This document shows, one piece after another, positions 29,869 to 41,221 of a stretch of 64,000 bases of DNA. Made by a program: the position numbers and the translations under genes. The notes beneath the pieces were generated by a model, which searched no databases, was not told the DNA's origin, and saw only the letters and a program-made list of their open reading frames with translations. The DNA is from a virus (taxonomy: Duplodnaviria; Caudoviricetes): IMG/VR virus record IMGVR_UViG_3300028888_000001. One strand, given 5' to 3'. Within the stretch, counting starts at the first letter, position 1; every line of letters begins with the position of its first letter.

Positions 29869-32208
29869 ATGGATCAAGAGAAAAGGCAACTTCTTCAACA
29901 TGTATTTTATGAAGATAATAATACCTTATATAATTACAAAAACTACTTTGACTATGCAGGAGATATTCAAAGTAGAAATACAGATATCAAAGTCTATGTT
30001 CCTAAAGCTATCAACAAGCAGAATATAGACGATCACATTAATGGAATTTATAATATTTTACTTGATGGTTGCGAGACAGATTATGTGCATGAGTTAAGAA
30101 TAAATGTCATATGGCCAGAAGCAAACTGTCATCTTTCTATAGTAGATTATTGGTACAGTCTCATGATGTGGTATATGCTAGTTCAGGTTGATACACCAAT
30201 AAGGCCGTACCATATATTCATGGGATCTAGATCCAATGTTTCAGATATAGCTAGAGCTTCAGGACAATTAGTACCATGGCAGCTTAAAAGAAAAGATATT
30301 CAAACTTGGGTTAACAAGTTTATTATTACTATAGATAACGAAATAAAGTTTGGTAACGATAAGCTTAATCATATTATCGCTACAGGATTATGGAAGTTCT
30401 GTTTAATAGAAAAATTCTCGTATTATCTTAGCAATACTATTAACAATGAAGATGATATTGAGCTTATGAATGCTAACCATTCATTTTGGGAAAAATTACA
30501 TTTTAAGCTTGGTAACACACCCATCGGTGAAGCTAAAGACGTTGCTCAGTGTGCCGCTGATGAAGCTATAGATATCATTAAAGACGCTGAATATTATATC
30601 GGTCATGAGCATTCATTATCAAATAGCTTCAGATCTTCAGAAGCTGTAAATCCAAGACAGTATCGTGAAGCTTCTATAAATATTGCTACAAAACCAGATG
30701 GAACTGGAGGTATTTTCCCGTATCCTATAGATACTAACTTTAAAATTGGTGGTGTTAACACACCGCTGTATTATTTTGAAGAATCTAGAACCGCACGTGT
30801 AGCTCAGATTTATTCAAAACAAAATGTTGGTGAGTCTGGAGACTTAGCACGTATTTTAGGATTAAACAATACAGATACAATTATCAATAATAATCCTGAA
30901 TACGAGTGCTTATCATCTCATTTCATTAAGATTGAGCTTAAAACTAAAAAGCATCTCTCTATGTATAAAAATCGTTTCTATAGATTAAATCCTAGAGGTA
31001 TGGATGCTTGTATAGATCAGTATGATGAATCTCTTATCGGTAAAACTATTTATGTGCATAGCCCTATAACTTGTGCATCTAATAGTTCCGGTAAAGGCAT
31101 TTGCCGTAGATGCTATGGTAATTTGTACTATACCAATTATAATATCAATATTGGTAAAATTGCTGCAGAGATGCTCTCAGCTCAATTAACACAGACTTTG
31201 CTTTCTGCTAAGCATCTTCTTGAAACTAGAATTGCGGCTATCACATGGAATCCAGAATTTAACGATTTCTTTAGTATTGTAGACGCAAACTGCATAAGGT
31301 TAGCTGAAGAGGTATTGGATGATGACGCTCTTCGTAAGTATACTATGATTATCGATCCAGATGATGTTAATCTAGTAAATGAAGAAGAGGACACAATCGT
31401 TACAGATGAAGATGACGATGTTGTTATTCAAGATAATGGTGTTTATAATGAATATATTACAAGCTTTATTATTAAAACACCAGATGGTACAGATATTACG
31501 TTTGGTTCTGAAGAACAGACTGAGCTTTATATATCTCATGAGCTTAACGCTGCTATCAGAAAGAAAGCTCAAAATACAGATGGCAAGGTTAACATCGCAT
31601 TATCAGCTCTAGGAGATAACCCAATATTTTTCATTAAGATTAACAATAACGAGATTTCAAAAACTATGGATGATATTATTAACGTTATTAATAAATCTTC
31701 CATAACAGAAAAGATGAATAAAGATGAGATTGTTCAAAATCTTGTAGACCTTATAATTGATGGTAATCTTACAATTGATGCAATTCATCTTGAAGTTATA
31801 TTGAGTAACCAGTGTGTTAATCCTGATGATCTTATTCATAAGCCTAACTGGAATGATCCAGCTGCTAAGTCTAGGATGATCACTCTTAACCAAGCACTAA
31901 CCAACAATCCAAGCGTGATCATATCTTTACTTTATAAAGATTTGCATAAAGTATTATATAGTCCGCTTACATTTACAAAGAATGCTCCGTCGTTCTTCGA
32001 TCTATTTTTCTGTGAGCAACCGCAGAATTACATGAGCGACGATCTTTATGTAGATCAAGTTACTTCTATTAATGAGGTTGATACTTCTATAGAGATGCTT
32101 GAGCTTACTGGAGAAGAAACCAAAGAAGACAAATTGATGGCTAAACTGGAAGAGCTCATGAATAAAGAGAAGGAGATTGAAGATGCAGGTAAGAAATCTG
32201 AAGATTAA
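29869..32208 (+). CDS. Multisubunit RNAP beta-prime C-terminal part (probably non-virion RNAP)
   Basis: Bridge-helix-like ARVAQIYSKQNVGESGDLAR, Zn site SPITC..ICRRCYG, trigger-loop-like NIGKIAAEMLSAQLTQTLLSAKH, IDAIHLEVIL; early-type promoter 29825-29835. Confidence 0.85.
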   Translation: MDQEKRQLLQHVFYEDNNTLYNYKNYFDYAGDIQSRNTDIKVYVPKAINKQNIDDHINGIYNILLDGCETDYVHELRINVIWPEANCHLSIVDYWYSLMMWYMLVQVDTPIRPYHIFMGSRSNVSDIARASGQLVPWQLKRKDIQTWVNKFIITIDNEIKFGNDKLNHIIATGLWKFCLIEKFSYYLSNTINNEDDIELMNANHSFWEKLHFKLGNTPIGEAKDVAQCAADEAIDIIKDAEYYIGHEHSLSNSFRSSEAVNPRQYREASINIATKPDGTGGIFPYPIDTNFKIGGVNTPLYYFEESRTARVAQIYSKQNVGESGDLARILGLNNTDTIINNNPEYECLSSHFIKIELKTKKHLSMYKNRFYRLNPRGMDACIDQYDESLIGKTIYVHSPITCASNSSGKGICRRCYGNLYYTNYNINIGKIAAEMLSAQLTQTLLSAKHLLETRIAAITWNPEFNDFFSIVDANCIRLAEEVLDDDALRKYTMIIDPDDVNLVNEEEDTIVTDEDDDVVIQDNGVYNEYITSFIIKTPDGTDITFGSEEQTELYISHELNAAIRKKAQNTDGKVNIALSALGDNPIFFIKINNNEISKTMDDIINVINKSSITEKMNKDEIVQNLVDLIIDGNLTIDAIHLEVILSNQCVNPDDLIHKPNWNDPAAKSRMITLNQALTNNPSVIISLLYKDLHKVLYSPLTFTKNAPSFFDLFFCEQPQNYMSDDLYVDQVTSINEVDTSIEMLELTGEETKEDKLMAKLEELMNKEKEIEDAGKKSED

Positions 32209-32653
32209 TTCGTGCTTTAAAAATACATCTAAGATTAGTTTTGTCTTAGGCGTTTATAGTGGTTATGGTCATAATAATATGAATGCTAATATGACTCAGT
32301 ATTCATATGACGATGTGTGTAGAACTATAATCGAATTTATAGAAGAGAATAAGCAGATAATTGGAGAGGTTAGTTGGACTATTGAGCCTGTTAGATGCTT
32401 ATATTCTCCAAAATACGGATGCCCTGAAGTAGGTGAACATGCTTATAGATTATCGAGTGTTTACAATCCGGCGTATGAATCAACTGAAAAAGATTGGTTC
32501 GATTCTTGTATTTGTCATGCCTATTATTTAGCTAAACATTTTGGGCAGTCTACTGTAACAATAGAATATATTGAGGGAGAATCAAATAAACCAATGCCAG
32601 CACAGCTTGGGGTTATGTATATTAAAATAAATGAAGACGTAATAGAAGAATAA
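32177..32653 (+). CDS. Hypothetical protein
   Basis: Overlaps the RNAP gene end; LYSPKYGCP..GE motif. Confidence 0.65.
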   Translation: MKMQVRNLKINSCFKNTSKISFVLGVYSGYGHNNMNANMTQYSYDDVCRTIIEFIEENKQIIGEVSWTIEPVRCLYSPKYGCPEVGEHAYRLSSVYNPAYESTEKDWFDSCICHAYYLAKHFGQSTVTIEYIEGESNKPMPAQLGVMYIKINEDVIEE

Positions 32654-32705
32654 AAATATAATTCCAGAGAGGTTTTTGACCTCTCTGGATTGTATTGGAG
32701 GTACT

Positions 32706-34226
32706 ATGGATAAAATAGTTTTAAAGCATTCTCGTATAGAGATAAACAATTATGAGCTTGATGACGCTCCACGTATTGAATGGTTGTTTTCTGTATGGAA
32801 TCAAATCTATCATACTAATTTTCCAAAGTGTATAGATTATGATAAAGATAGAAAAGTCTTATTTCTCCCTAGAGGAATGGACATAGAAATGCTTAAAAGT
32901 ACATTTATGGCTGAGCCTAGAGTTGATACTAAATGTGATCCATATGTAAATACAGATCCAATACCGATTAAGTATTTAACTAAAGACGAACGCCAGATGA
33001 ATATTTTAAGCTTTATTCTCGGTGAGGGTAAATACAAATTCACAAGAACTAAATCACAGCTTGGAATAAACTCAACCACTGGATCTGGTAAAACATTCGT
33101 TACCGTTGCAGCAATATGTTATACTGGTGCTAGAGCTATAATTATTACTAGCTCTACAAACTGGCTGGAACAATGGAAGAATCGAATTTTAGAGTATACC
33201 AGCTTAAAAGAAAAAGACATATATATGATTATAGGTAAACCTCAGATCGATAAATTGCTGGCTAGAGATCCATTACAATATCAGATTTTCTTAGCATCGC
33301 ATTCTACCATAAAATCATATGGAGATAAAAATGGATGGTATGCTGTAGATGAACTATTTAAATATCTTCAGGTATCTATTAAAGTATTTGATGAAGCACA
33401 TCTTTATATAGACAATATGGCTAAGATAGATTTTCATTCTAATACTAAAAAAACACTGTATCTTACAGCAACGCCAGAGCGGTCTAATAAAGATGAAGAC
33501 GTTGTTTACCAAGAATACTTTAAAAATGTACCGCAGATTGATTTATTTGATGAGCAGAATGATCCTCATGTGAATTATGTTTCTTTATTATTTAAATCTC
33601 ATCCTAGCCCATATGATGTGCAAAAGTTTTCTGTTGGACAGTTTAAGTTTGATAGGAATATTTATACATCATACTTGATAGAAAGACCAAACTTTAAGAA
33701 ACTAGTGACTATACTTATAGACATGACTTTACCATTAAATGGAAAAGTATTAATCTATATCGGTACTAATGATGCTATCATTAAAGTCTATAACTATATA
33801 CTCTCTGAGTTTGAATTCCTTGAAGGCCACGTTGGTATCTATACTAGTATATCCAATCCAGCAACTAAAGAACTTGAGTTAACAAAGAAATATATACTTT
33901 CTACTACAAAATCATGTGGCGCGGCTCAAGACATTAGAGATCTTGCAGCGACTATAGTGTTAGCTGAGCCGTTTAAATCTCCAGTACTAGCAAGACAAAC
34001 CTTAGGTAGATGCAGGAATGATAATACTCTGTATATAGATTGTACGGACTTATCTTGCTATAGGACTAAGATTTACATGAAGCAGAAAAAGAATATATTC
34101 TTGCAGTATGCTAAATCATGTAGAGAAGTATTAATGGATGATGACCAGTTAGATTCTGAGGTTGATCGTATCCATGAGAAATATGGTAAAAAGAAAGTAA
34201 TGATGATGAGAGTTTGGAAGGAGTGA
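32706..34226 (+). CDS. SF2 (DEAH) helicase, UvsW-like
   Basis: TGSGKT, FDEAH, LTATP, QTLGRCR; RBS ggagg before ATG 32706. Confidence 0.88.
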   Translation: MDKIVLKHSRIEINNYELDDAPRIEWLFSVWNQIYHTNFPKCIDYDKDRKVLFLPRGMDIEMLKSTFMAEPRVDTKCDPYVNTDPIPIKYLTKDERQMNILSFILGEGKYKFTRTKSQLGINSTTGSGKTFVTVAAICYTGARAIIITSSTNWLEQWKNRILEYTSLKEKDIYMIIGKPQIDKLLARDPLQYQIFLASHSTIKSYGDKNGWYAVDELFKYLQVSIKVFDEAHLYIDNMAKIDFHSNTKKTLYLTATPERSNKDEDVVYQEYFKNVPQIDLFDEQNDPHVNYVSLLFKSHPSPYDVQKFSVGQFKFDRNIYTSYLIERPNFKKLVTILIDMTLPLNGKVLIYIGTNDAIIKVYNYILSEFEFLEGHVGIYTSISNPATKELELTKKYILSTTKSCGAAQDIRDLAATIVLAEPFKSPVLARQTLGRCRNDNTLYIDCTDLSCYRTKIYMKQKKNIFLQYAKSCREVLMDDDQLDSEVDRIHEKYGKKKVMMMRVWKE

Positions 34227-34233
34227 TTTTTAA

Positions 34234-34404
34234 ATGGAATGGATTGTTGAGGTTGCCATAGACAAGAACAACGGCAATGGTTATAGCGCACTTTATACAG
34301 TCGATGGTGAGAATGAAGCTATGGCGAGAGCACAAGCTATAGATATAGCTTTCGCGGTGAAAGATGTATGTAAAGCCGTTGTTCGTTCTATAAAAGCTAA
34401 ATAA
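34234..34404 (+). CDS. Small 56-aa protein missing from the ORF track
   Basis: RBS aaggag; MEWIVEVAIDKNNGNGYSALY...IKAK. Confidence 0.6.
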   Translation: MEWIVEVAIDKNNGNGYSALYTVDGENEAMARAQAIDIAFAVKDVCKAVVRSIKAK

Positions 34405-34427
34405 ATTATATATTATAAAAATAAATC

Positions 34428-34883
34428 ATGCGGAGAATAAAAATGTCAAGAAGGTTTTTACAAGATGTTTTAGGTATAGGATATAAATACTATCATTTGA
34501 AAAATAAGAAGAAATTACCAATAAATAACCAATGCTCATTAAGAGCATTGGTTAAGGTTTCCGGTGATGAGGTTAATAACGTATATAAAAATCTGTATAA
34601 GACTGCAGAGAAGTATAATGATTTTCCTGATAACGTAACGATTATCAAGAAGACAGCTAAAAAGTATTATAGAATGAGTGGTTTGAATATGGACGAATAT
34701 CCACTAGTGGCAACATTCTGTTCTGAGCATAAGATGGGTTCATTCATTATATTTATTCAATCTCATTGTTTTGCTTATGTAAATGGTGTAATCTATGATA
34801 GTATAAGCAATGGAGATAAGTGTACCAAAGAGACTATAGAATGGGTACTTACGCAAGATATATTAGATGTAATAAAAAAATAA
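34428..34883 (+). CDS. Putative papain-like/C39-type cysteine peptidase fold protein
   Basis: NQCSLRAL ... HCFAYVNGVIYDS (C/H/D). Confidence 0.45.
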   Translation: MRRIKMSRRFLQDVLGIGYKYYHLKNKKKLPINNQCSLRALVKVSGDEVNNVYKNLYKTAEKYNDFPDNVTIIKKTAKKYYRMSGLNMDEYPLVATFCSEHKMGSFIIFIQSHCFAYVNGVIYDSISNGDKCTKETIEWVLTQDILDVIKK

Positions 34884-34928
34884 TATAACAAGCACACTCT
34901 TATAATACCTAAAGGAGGGAAAGATACA

Positions 34929-35753
34929 ATGACAAAACTAGAGGTTGACTTTTTTAGATACTGTTGTAGACAAGCTGATTATGAAAAATCTCTCATGACT
35001 GTATATACTATAACAGATCTTGATCAACAATCAGATGGCTTTAGCTTATTAGTAACAATCATAAATTGGAACGTCAGAATATATTTTCAAAAGCATATTA
35101 CTTTAATGATATTAGATTATGCGTTTAAAAACTCTATATCTAAATCAGAGCTTCTTACTATAGCTAATAGGTGGCTTAATGAAGGTTTATTGGAAAAGAA
35201 TATATGGTGTAATGAAGGAAGCAGTTACAGATACAATTTCTGCTTTGGGAAGATTGGTAAGTATATTAGTAAGTATTATGATATATGCCCCATGCGTGTT
35301 ATTAATAAGCTTAATATCACTAATACTGATAATTTACCATGGTCTAAACCGAGTTATGAATATTTTAAAGCGTCTGTAAGCAACTTAGAGAGAAAATGTT
35401 TCAGATTCTTTGTAAGAAATTGTGTAAAGAAGAAATCTAGATATGATGAGAACGGCTTCTGGATTAAGATAGATGATTTCGATAAACTCTATAAGAACTG
35501 GACTGGCAGAACTCATCATACTGTATGCAGCAAGAACTTAACGAAGAAGTTTATTCATAAATGGAAAAATCTTGGCATCTATAGCACTGAGCAAGAAAAA
35601 GCTTTATACAAAAAAGAGCGTGTTAATAACTATAGCGTTATTAAGCTTAGCGAAGACAATAAAGCTCATGTTAGATATATCAGAATTTTACCTGGGAATA
35701 TCTATAAAGAACTTATTAAGGAGTATACAGATAGCTTTGATGCTAATGAGTGA
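34929..35753 (+). CDS. Hypothetical protein
   Basis: RBS aaggaggg, 274 aa. Confidence 0.7.
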   Translation: MTKLEVDFFRYCCRQADYEKSLMTVYTITDLDQQSDGFSLLVTIINWNVRIYFQKHITLMILDYAFKNSISKSELLTIANRWLNEGLLEKNIWCNEGSSYRYNFCFGKIGKYISKYYDICPMRVINKLNITNTDNLPWSKPSYEYFKASVSNLERKCFRFFVRNCVKKKSRYDENGFWIKIDDFDKLYKNWTGRTHHTVCSKNLTKKFIHKWKNLGIYSTEQEKALYKKERVNNYSVIKLSEDNKAHVRYIRILPGNIYKELIKEYTDSFDANE

Positions 35754-35872
35754 AAAATAGTCCGGTAGGGAGAAATCCCTACCGGAGTAAAATGAATTTT
35801 GATTATATATTATAAATGTGTAATCATACTACATGACAACATTTGTTTTATAAAGAAAGAGAGGAAATAAAA

Positions 35873-36895
35873 ATGTTAACTATGAATCAAAAATGGGCAA
35901 TGGCATTTATGATAGCTGAGAGAAATCTGAGAGAACGGCCTGCTGTTCAGATTATAAATATGACCAATAGGTTACCGGCACCAAAACCGATGCCGTATAA
36001 TCCTGTAGAAAAGCCTGTGCGAGTAGTCAAAACTACAGAGCAGAAGAACGTTGTTGGGCAGACTGCATCTAGAGACCTTAATGCTCAGAAAAAACCCGAA
36101 AGCAAAAAGAACGATACAGTAGAGGTTATGCAAGAGCCAGTTATATCTGAAAGAGATCTTCGTGATATGGTTGAAGCTCCGATTGCATCAATCGACTTTA
36201 AGGCGTTTGATGTGGTTAAAAACTTCGTAGCACCACAGCAGCCACAGCCTACAAACGCAAAAACAATCTTGCACAATGTGATTAATAATGGAGAGCAGAA
36301 TACTCAGACTATGCAGGCGCAGATGCAGCAGCAGGGCCCTGCAAATATCGAGGCTGAAGTTGTACCTCAGATTGATGTGCGTGCTATTAACAATAGCATC
36401 ACATCATTACGGACTTACGAAGAAAAAGCTAACTTCGTGAGGGAATGCCTTGCAACCGATAAGTTTCCGATTATCGATGGGTTGTATAACATAACGCCTG
36501 CTGATAAAAAAGAACGTCTGAAAAAGAGCGTCAATTTCTACACAGACGGTAACAAGCGTGAGATATATGATCTCGAAGCTACAGCTTTGCTGGCAGTGTT
36601 GTTTCATGGCAACACCAGAAGAGAGATCGAAAGGCGTTTTGGAACTCCAGATCGTGTAGTTGGGCTGAACAAGTATTACAAGTTCGTCGAAGTAGAGCCT
36701 ACGAAATATCCTGAATTAAGAAGAGAGGGGTATTCATGGATCTTTGAAGTACCAAGTGAAAATGGGACTCCGGTTGTTATTGCGGTAGATCCCGTGCCGG
36801 TGCTTTATGAGTATATCGACAATAAGCAGACCGGCAAAAAGAAATATAGCTGGAACTTCAAGAAGAAAGTGCTTACTGGAAATGAAGCCAAGTAA
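35873..36895 (+). CDS. Hypothetical early protein with P/Q-rich linker
   Basis: Promoter 35804-35814, RBS gagg, terminator ~36925-36960. Confidence 0.75.
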   Translation: MLTMNQKWAMAFMIAERNLRERPAVQIINMTNRLPAPKPMPYNPVEKPVRVVKTTEQKNVVGQTASRDLNAQKKPESKKNDTVEVMQEPVISERDLRDMVEAPIASIDFKAFDVVKNFVAPQQPQPTNAKTILHNVINNGEQNTQTMQAQMQQQGPANIEAEVVPQIDVRAINNSITSLRTYEEKANFVRECLATDKFPIIDGLYNITPADKKERLKKSVNFYTDGNKREIYDLEATALLAVLFHGNTRREIERRFGTPDRVVGLNKYYKFVEVEPTKYPELRREGYSWIFEVPSENGTPVVIAVDPVPVLYEYIDNKQTGKKKYSWNFKKKVLTGNEAK

Positions 36896-36977
36896 ACAAT
36901 TAAAAGTATGATTACAAATAAATAAACCCGGCTTAGACGAAAGTTAAACCGGGTTTATTTTTTGTTAGGAGAATAAA

Positions 36978-37673
36978 ATGAGCAAAGAAATGATACAGGA
37001 TATAACTGACTACAAGAGAGTAATATTAGATTTAATGTGGATATCGAATAATCATAGTTTAAAGTTTATTGCGGATCTATATAAAAGCGATGGTTTAGCT
37101 ATTAAATGCTACCACACTAATGTATATATGAGAATAAACTGGAATTTAGCCATAATGGGAGGTAAAGATACAGAATTTTCAGAGAAAACTAATTTTCTGA
37201 TAAATCAGTCTAATATACAACAGTTTAGATTATTGATAAAGAATATAGTCTTATTATTTACATCTAGTGAGTATAAAAATCTGTTCTATAAGTCTGGCGA
37301 GAATGTATATGTGAATAAAAATATTACAGTTCCAGACTTAGCGATACTAGATAGATTCAGCGAGCATAAACTAACAGTTTTCCCAGCGGTAAATGATAAT
37401 AGAGAAACTGGAGTTATATTTATATTTGATAAGGGTGAGCCTATATTTGTTATATCGCATGTGATATTGAATATGGACTATATATTGTCTACATTTAATC
37501 CATATCAAATGGCTATGGAATTAATAAATTATGCCACTATGACATCTATGGTTAATGATAATGTATCTGGAGATATAAAGCCATTACCAAAGAAAAATCT
37601 TAATGGCTATAGTAATTCTAATTCATTCTTAGCAAAAACACATGCTGTGAAAAGAGTTGATGATTCTCTATGA
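36978..37673 (+). CDS. Hypothetical protein
   Basis: RBS aggag. Confidence 0.7.
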   Translation: MSKEMIQDITDYKRVILDLMWISNNHSLKFIADLYKSDGLAIKCYHTNVYMRINWNLAIMGGKDTEFSEKTNFLINQSNIQQFRLLIKNIVLLFTSSEYKNLFYKSGENVYVNKNITVPDLAILDRFSEHKLTVFPAVNDNRETGVIFIFDKGEPIFVISHVILNMDYILSTFNPYQMAMELINYATMTSMVNDNVSGDIKPLPKKNLNGYSNSNSFLAKTHAVKRVDDSL

Positions 37674-37864
37674 TTCTGAATATGGATGAAGCACATGAGG
37701 AGCTACTATCATTATATGAATTCTATTTTTCTCCAACTTATTATTCTATTAACGATAAAGAGAAAATAAGAGTAATAAAAAGAATAAGAATGCTGGAGCT
37801 TTATATGAATAGAAGTATCAACCAAGAGTTTCAAAATCAGTTTAAAGATTCGGTAGGCCAATAA
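37670..37864 (+). CDS. Small hypothetical protein
   Basis: ATGA overlap with the upstream stop. Confidence 0.55.
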   Translation: MILNMDEAHEELLSLYEFYFSPTYYSINDKEKIRVIKRIRMLELYMNRSINQEFQNQFKDSVGQ

Positions 37865-37889
37865 AGCCTACCGAATTTATTTTTTTGTG

Positions 37890-38684
37890 TTATACTGTAT
37901 ATATAATTGGTTGATACTCATTTGCTGTCGTTGTATGCGCTTCGTCGAGTTCACGAACAATATCATCATGTTTATTAGTCCATTCTTGCAACGTGTCTAA
38001 TTGTAAAGATAATGTAGCATATGTAGTATCCATATTATCATAATATTTAAGCACTTGCCATATAGCGGTAGCAACATCGCTAATGGCCAATTTTTCGAAT
38101 GACTCCATTAGTGTAGGTGAGATGGTCCAAAGACCGGGGTGTTGTATGAGTACTTTCAATGGGAATGGCCTATGAGCGGAAATAGGAAATCCATTTACAG
38201 ATACCAATTTAATCTTATTAGGATATTCCCACTCAATATAAATTCCCAAATTAAAGAGTGACATCAGGTCATTTCCCACGGAGGTTAATGCGACATCGTC
38301 AACGGCCACCTCTCTGGCGAGGTAATCAAGAGAGAACACCGACATTCCATATCGATCTAATCTTGGATCACTTCTATAAGCTTCCCAATTTATGTCACGT
38401 ACGCCTAAGATTACAGTTCCCTCAGGAAGATCTTGATCTATAAATTGCCACCCATCTTTATTTGGTTGAGGTCTAACTAAAACTGTTATACAGTATGGAA
38501 AATATCTACTAAATGTAGGTATAGTATCTTCCATAATTATATTGGGCCAGTCTTCTTTATGTAGATTATCTGGTAGTGGTATTACAGATAGTCCTAATCG
38601 TCTTTCTATTTTATTTACTAAAAGAGTCATTTGATTGGCATTATGGCCAACCAACCCATACTTATTCATATTATCTTGAGCCAT
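37890..38684 (-). CDS. Probable neck/head-completion protein
   Basis: KIERRLG..TFSRYFP N-terminus resembling neck proteins; late-type promoter 38712-38724. Confidence 0.5.
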   Translation of the reverse strand: MAQDNMNKYGLVGHNANQMTLLVNKIERRLGLSVIPLPDNLHKEDWPNIIMEDTIPTFSRYFPYCITVLVRPQPNKDGWQFIDQDLPEGTVILGVRDINWEAYRSDPRLDRYGMSVFSLDYLAREVAVDDVALTSVGNDLMSLFNLGIYIEWEYPNKIKLVSVNGFPISAHRPFPLKVLIQHPGLWTISPTLMESFEKLAISDVATAIWQVLKYYDNMDTTYATLSLQLDTLQEWTNKHDDIVRELDEAHTTTANEYQPIIYTV

Positions 38685-38829
38685 AATATCAATTCTCCTT
38701 TGGAATAATAATTATTTTATTGTCCGGCTAGCACTTATAAAAAATATTTTTAACTATATATTATATATTTGTAGAGATACTCAAGTATATCTACGTAAAC
38801 TATTGTTTTTAAAAGAAAGGGGCTTTAAA

Positions 38830-39390
38830 ATGAAAAATGAAGAACTGTTAAATGATATCGACGCATTGTTGAAAAAGTACAACGTCGGGGACGAGACAAC
38901 TTTAATGTACATCAAAAATATCGTATCGTATGGAACGAAGATTGATGTAGACTGTATTACTTATCCGGATGCTAAAAAACGATTCCCGAATATTAGAGAA
39001 TGGAACGGTATTCCGGTATCATATCTTGATGATCTCTGTGAATACCATCTGATTCCAATTAGGATAGAAAGTAGATCTATCGATGATATTATATTTACTT
39101 ATCTTGTTTGTGAAGATGAGGACGGTCATAGAGGATATTTAGACATCAGCAATGATGAATACACACAGGCATTTGTAGATCATAGTTTCTTTAATATCGA
39201 TGTGATGACTGACACGTATTTCAGATGGAAGAAGTTTATCTGTAAATGGCTCTTCAGTGTTAGGGCTATAGAATTGCATTGGATGTATGAGCATGCCAGT
39301 GTTGAAGATCGTGAAGATCCAATATTCGAGGATGTGATTAAAAACTATAATGAAGCATCTGAATTCTTTAGGATTGGTAGCAATGAATGA
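38830..39390 (+). CDS. Hypothetical early protein
   Basis: Promoter 38755-38765, RBS aagggg. Confidence 0.7.
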   Translation: MKNEELLNDIDALLKKYNVGDETTLMYIKNIVSYGTKIDVDCITYPDAKKRFPNIREWNGIPVSYLDDLCEYHLIPIRIESRSIDDIIFTYLVCEDEDGHRGYLDISNDEYTQAFVDHSFFNIDVMTDTYFRWKKFICKWLFSVRAIELHWMYEHASVEDREDPIFEDVIKNYNEASEFFRIGSNE

Positions 39391-40168
39391 TAAAAACGCA
39401 ATAAATATTTTCATAGAAAGAGTATTCAATTATCTAAATGGTAGAGTGAATATATTTAACCGCCCGGCTGTTTTGGAGATAGATTGGACACCTTGCTTTG
39501 ATAGCTCTGTTGGTGCTGCAGCTAGAAATCCAAACAGAGTAATTATATTTCCTGAGGTGATAAAGCGATTCTTTCCAAATGAATATGATTTCTATTATAA
39601 TATAATAATTTCTTTGATCCATGAGTTGCATCATGTCGATCAGGTTATAGATTATATAGAAATGACAAAGAATCCAAATTATCTGAATGACATAGAATAT
39701 TGCGTAGAGTTTAATAGCTATATGTACATGGCCAATAATCAGATAGCCATAGAACAAGCTATTGGATTTCGCGATATTCATGAGTTTACAGAATATATGC
39801 CAAATATAACAAAATATGAGGTTGGTCATATTTTCCATAGAAGAGATTATCCAACTCATATCATATCAATGATGCAAGACATGGTAAGACAGCATAGATG
39901 CCAATTTTATGATGATATCATGTCTACATTTATGATTCCAGATTCTATTATATCTCTTATTATCAATGATAAGATGCTAGATATAAAGATAGGATTGGAG
40001 TGTTGTCCTCTAACGTTGTTAAACAATATTCTAGAAGAAGAGTATTATAAATACAACTATCGAAGGGCATCTGTAAAATATAACTTAGTTACTAACCCAG
40101 TACAGAAGATGGTTATAAAAATCGACTGCTGTGGGAAAAATATCTTAGGATACAAGAAAGGAGAATAA
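39383..40168 (+). CDS. HEXXH-containing (zincin-like) protein
   Basis: SLIHELHHVDQ...IE motif. Confidence 0.6.
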   Translation: MNDKNAINIFIERVFNYLNGRVNIFNRPAVLEIDWTPCFDSSVGAAARNPNRVIIFPEVIKRFFPNEYDFYYNIIISLIHELHHVDQVIDYIEMTKNPNYLNDIEYCVEFNSYMYMANNQIAIEQAIGFRDIHEFTEYMPNITKYEVGHIFHRRDYPTHIISMMQDMVRQHRCQFYDDIMSTFMIPDSIISLIINDKMLDIKIGLECCPLTLLNNILEEEYYKYNYRRASVKYNLVTNPVQKMVIKIDCCGKNILGYKKGE

Positions 40169-40169
40169 G

Positions 40170-41165
40170 ATGAATAATACAACTAAAATGATCGGTTATC
40201 TAGAAAGTGCCGGTATTGGATTCTATGCAACATACAGTGTTGCTGTACTGAGACATATGATATGCATGGGTATTAATCCAGTAGATGCAGATGTTAACAA
40301 AGACACAATAGTTTTTGTCAAAGGCAATATTAAAAAGACAGCTAAGAGCCCGACAAATCTCGGAAAGCTTTCTGCTGATATGTTTTATGAAAGCATGCTG
40401 TCTAAACCAGAAGCGCTGGAAGCATTCAAGGAAGCCGTCAACTCACTGTCCAAAGGGCAATTCAAGATCAGGAAAATTGTTGACGAGCATGATCAGTTTG
40501 CCATTACCAATATATATTTCTACAGGCTGTTCTCCAATGGAGAGATGGGATTACTTAGAGAGTTCTATGGAGACTTTATAAAGCAGTTTTCCTTAAGAGT
40601 AGAAGCAGATGCAACCCGTAACGGTCTTGGAGTAGATTCACCAACTAACAATGATGAAAATCTTCTTCTTAAAAATAAGACAGATAAGACGGAAGAGTTT
40701 CTGAAGAAAGATGACTTTGAGTGGCTAAAGAAGAATAAAGAGGCTTATAATGGAACCAGAGAAAATCAAAAGGATTCTGAGATTCGTGGATTTAGTGTTA
40801 ATGATATTGATATTCCTTCGGTTGCTCAGTTTGTTACACAGCGTTATGATGTTAATATAGACGAAGACAAGCTGAAAGAGTTGACCAAGAAATACAAGAA
40901 CAATCTGTACAGCTCTATCAAGTGCAGTAATCCGCCAGATCAGGTTGATTTTAGCGAATATCGGAATACCGCCGTTAAAATCACATTCAATCATATAGAT
41001 AAACCCACCGTAAGATATTTTACATATGGGTATATTGATAAGGATGGAATTCTGTATATCTTTTGCGACGAATCATTCTCATTCATTACCGATGTTGATA
41101 TTGAAATCTTGCCAATGAGTAAGAAGAAGCTCATGAAAATCTTAGGCATCAAGAAAAGTAAATAA
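40170..41165 (+). CDS. Hypothetical protein
   Basis: RBS aaggag. Confidence 0.7.
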   Translation: MNNTTKMIGYLESAGIGFYATYSVAVLRHMICMGINPVDADVNKDTIVFVKGNIKKTAKSPTNLGKLSADMFYESMLSKPEALEAFKEAVNSLSKGQFKIRKIVDEHDQFAITNIYFYRLFSNGEMGLLREFYGDFIKQFSLRVEADATRNGLGVDSPTNNDENLLLKNKTDKTEEFLKKDDFEWLKKNKEAYNGTRENQKDSEIRGFSVNDIDIPSVAQFVTQRYDVNIDEDKLKELTKKYKNNLYSSIKCSNPPDQVDFSEYRNTAVKITFNHIDKPTVRYFTYGYIDKDGILYIFCDESFSFITDVDIEILPMSKKKLMKILGIKKSK

Positions 41166-41221
41166 TATATAGGGGAGCGGATTAAATCCGCTCCCTTAAT
41201 TTTTAAGAGGGGAAGAACAAG

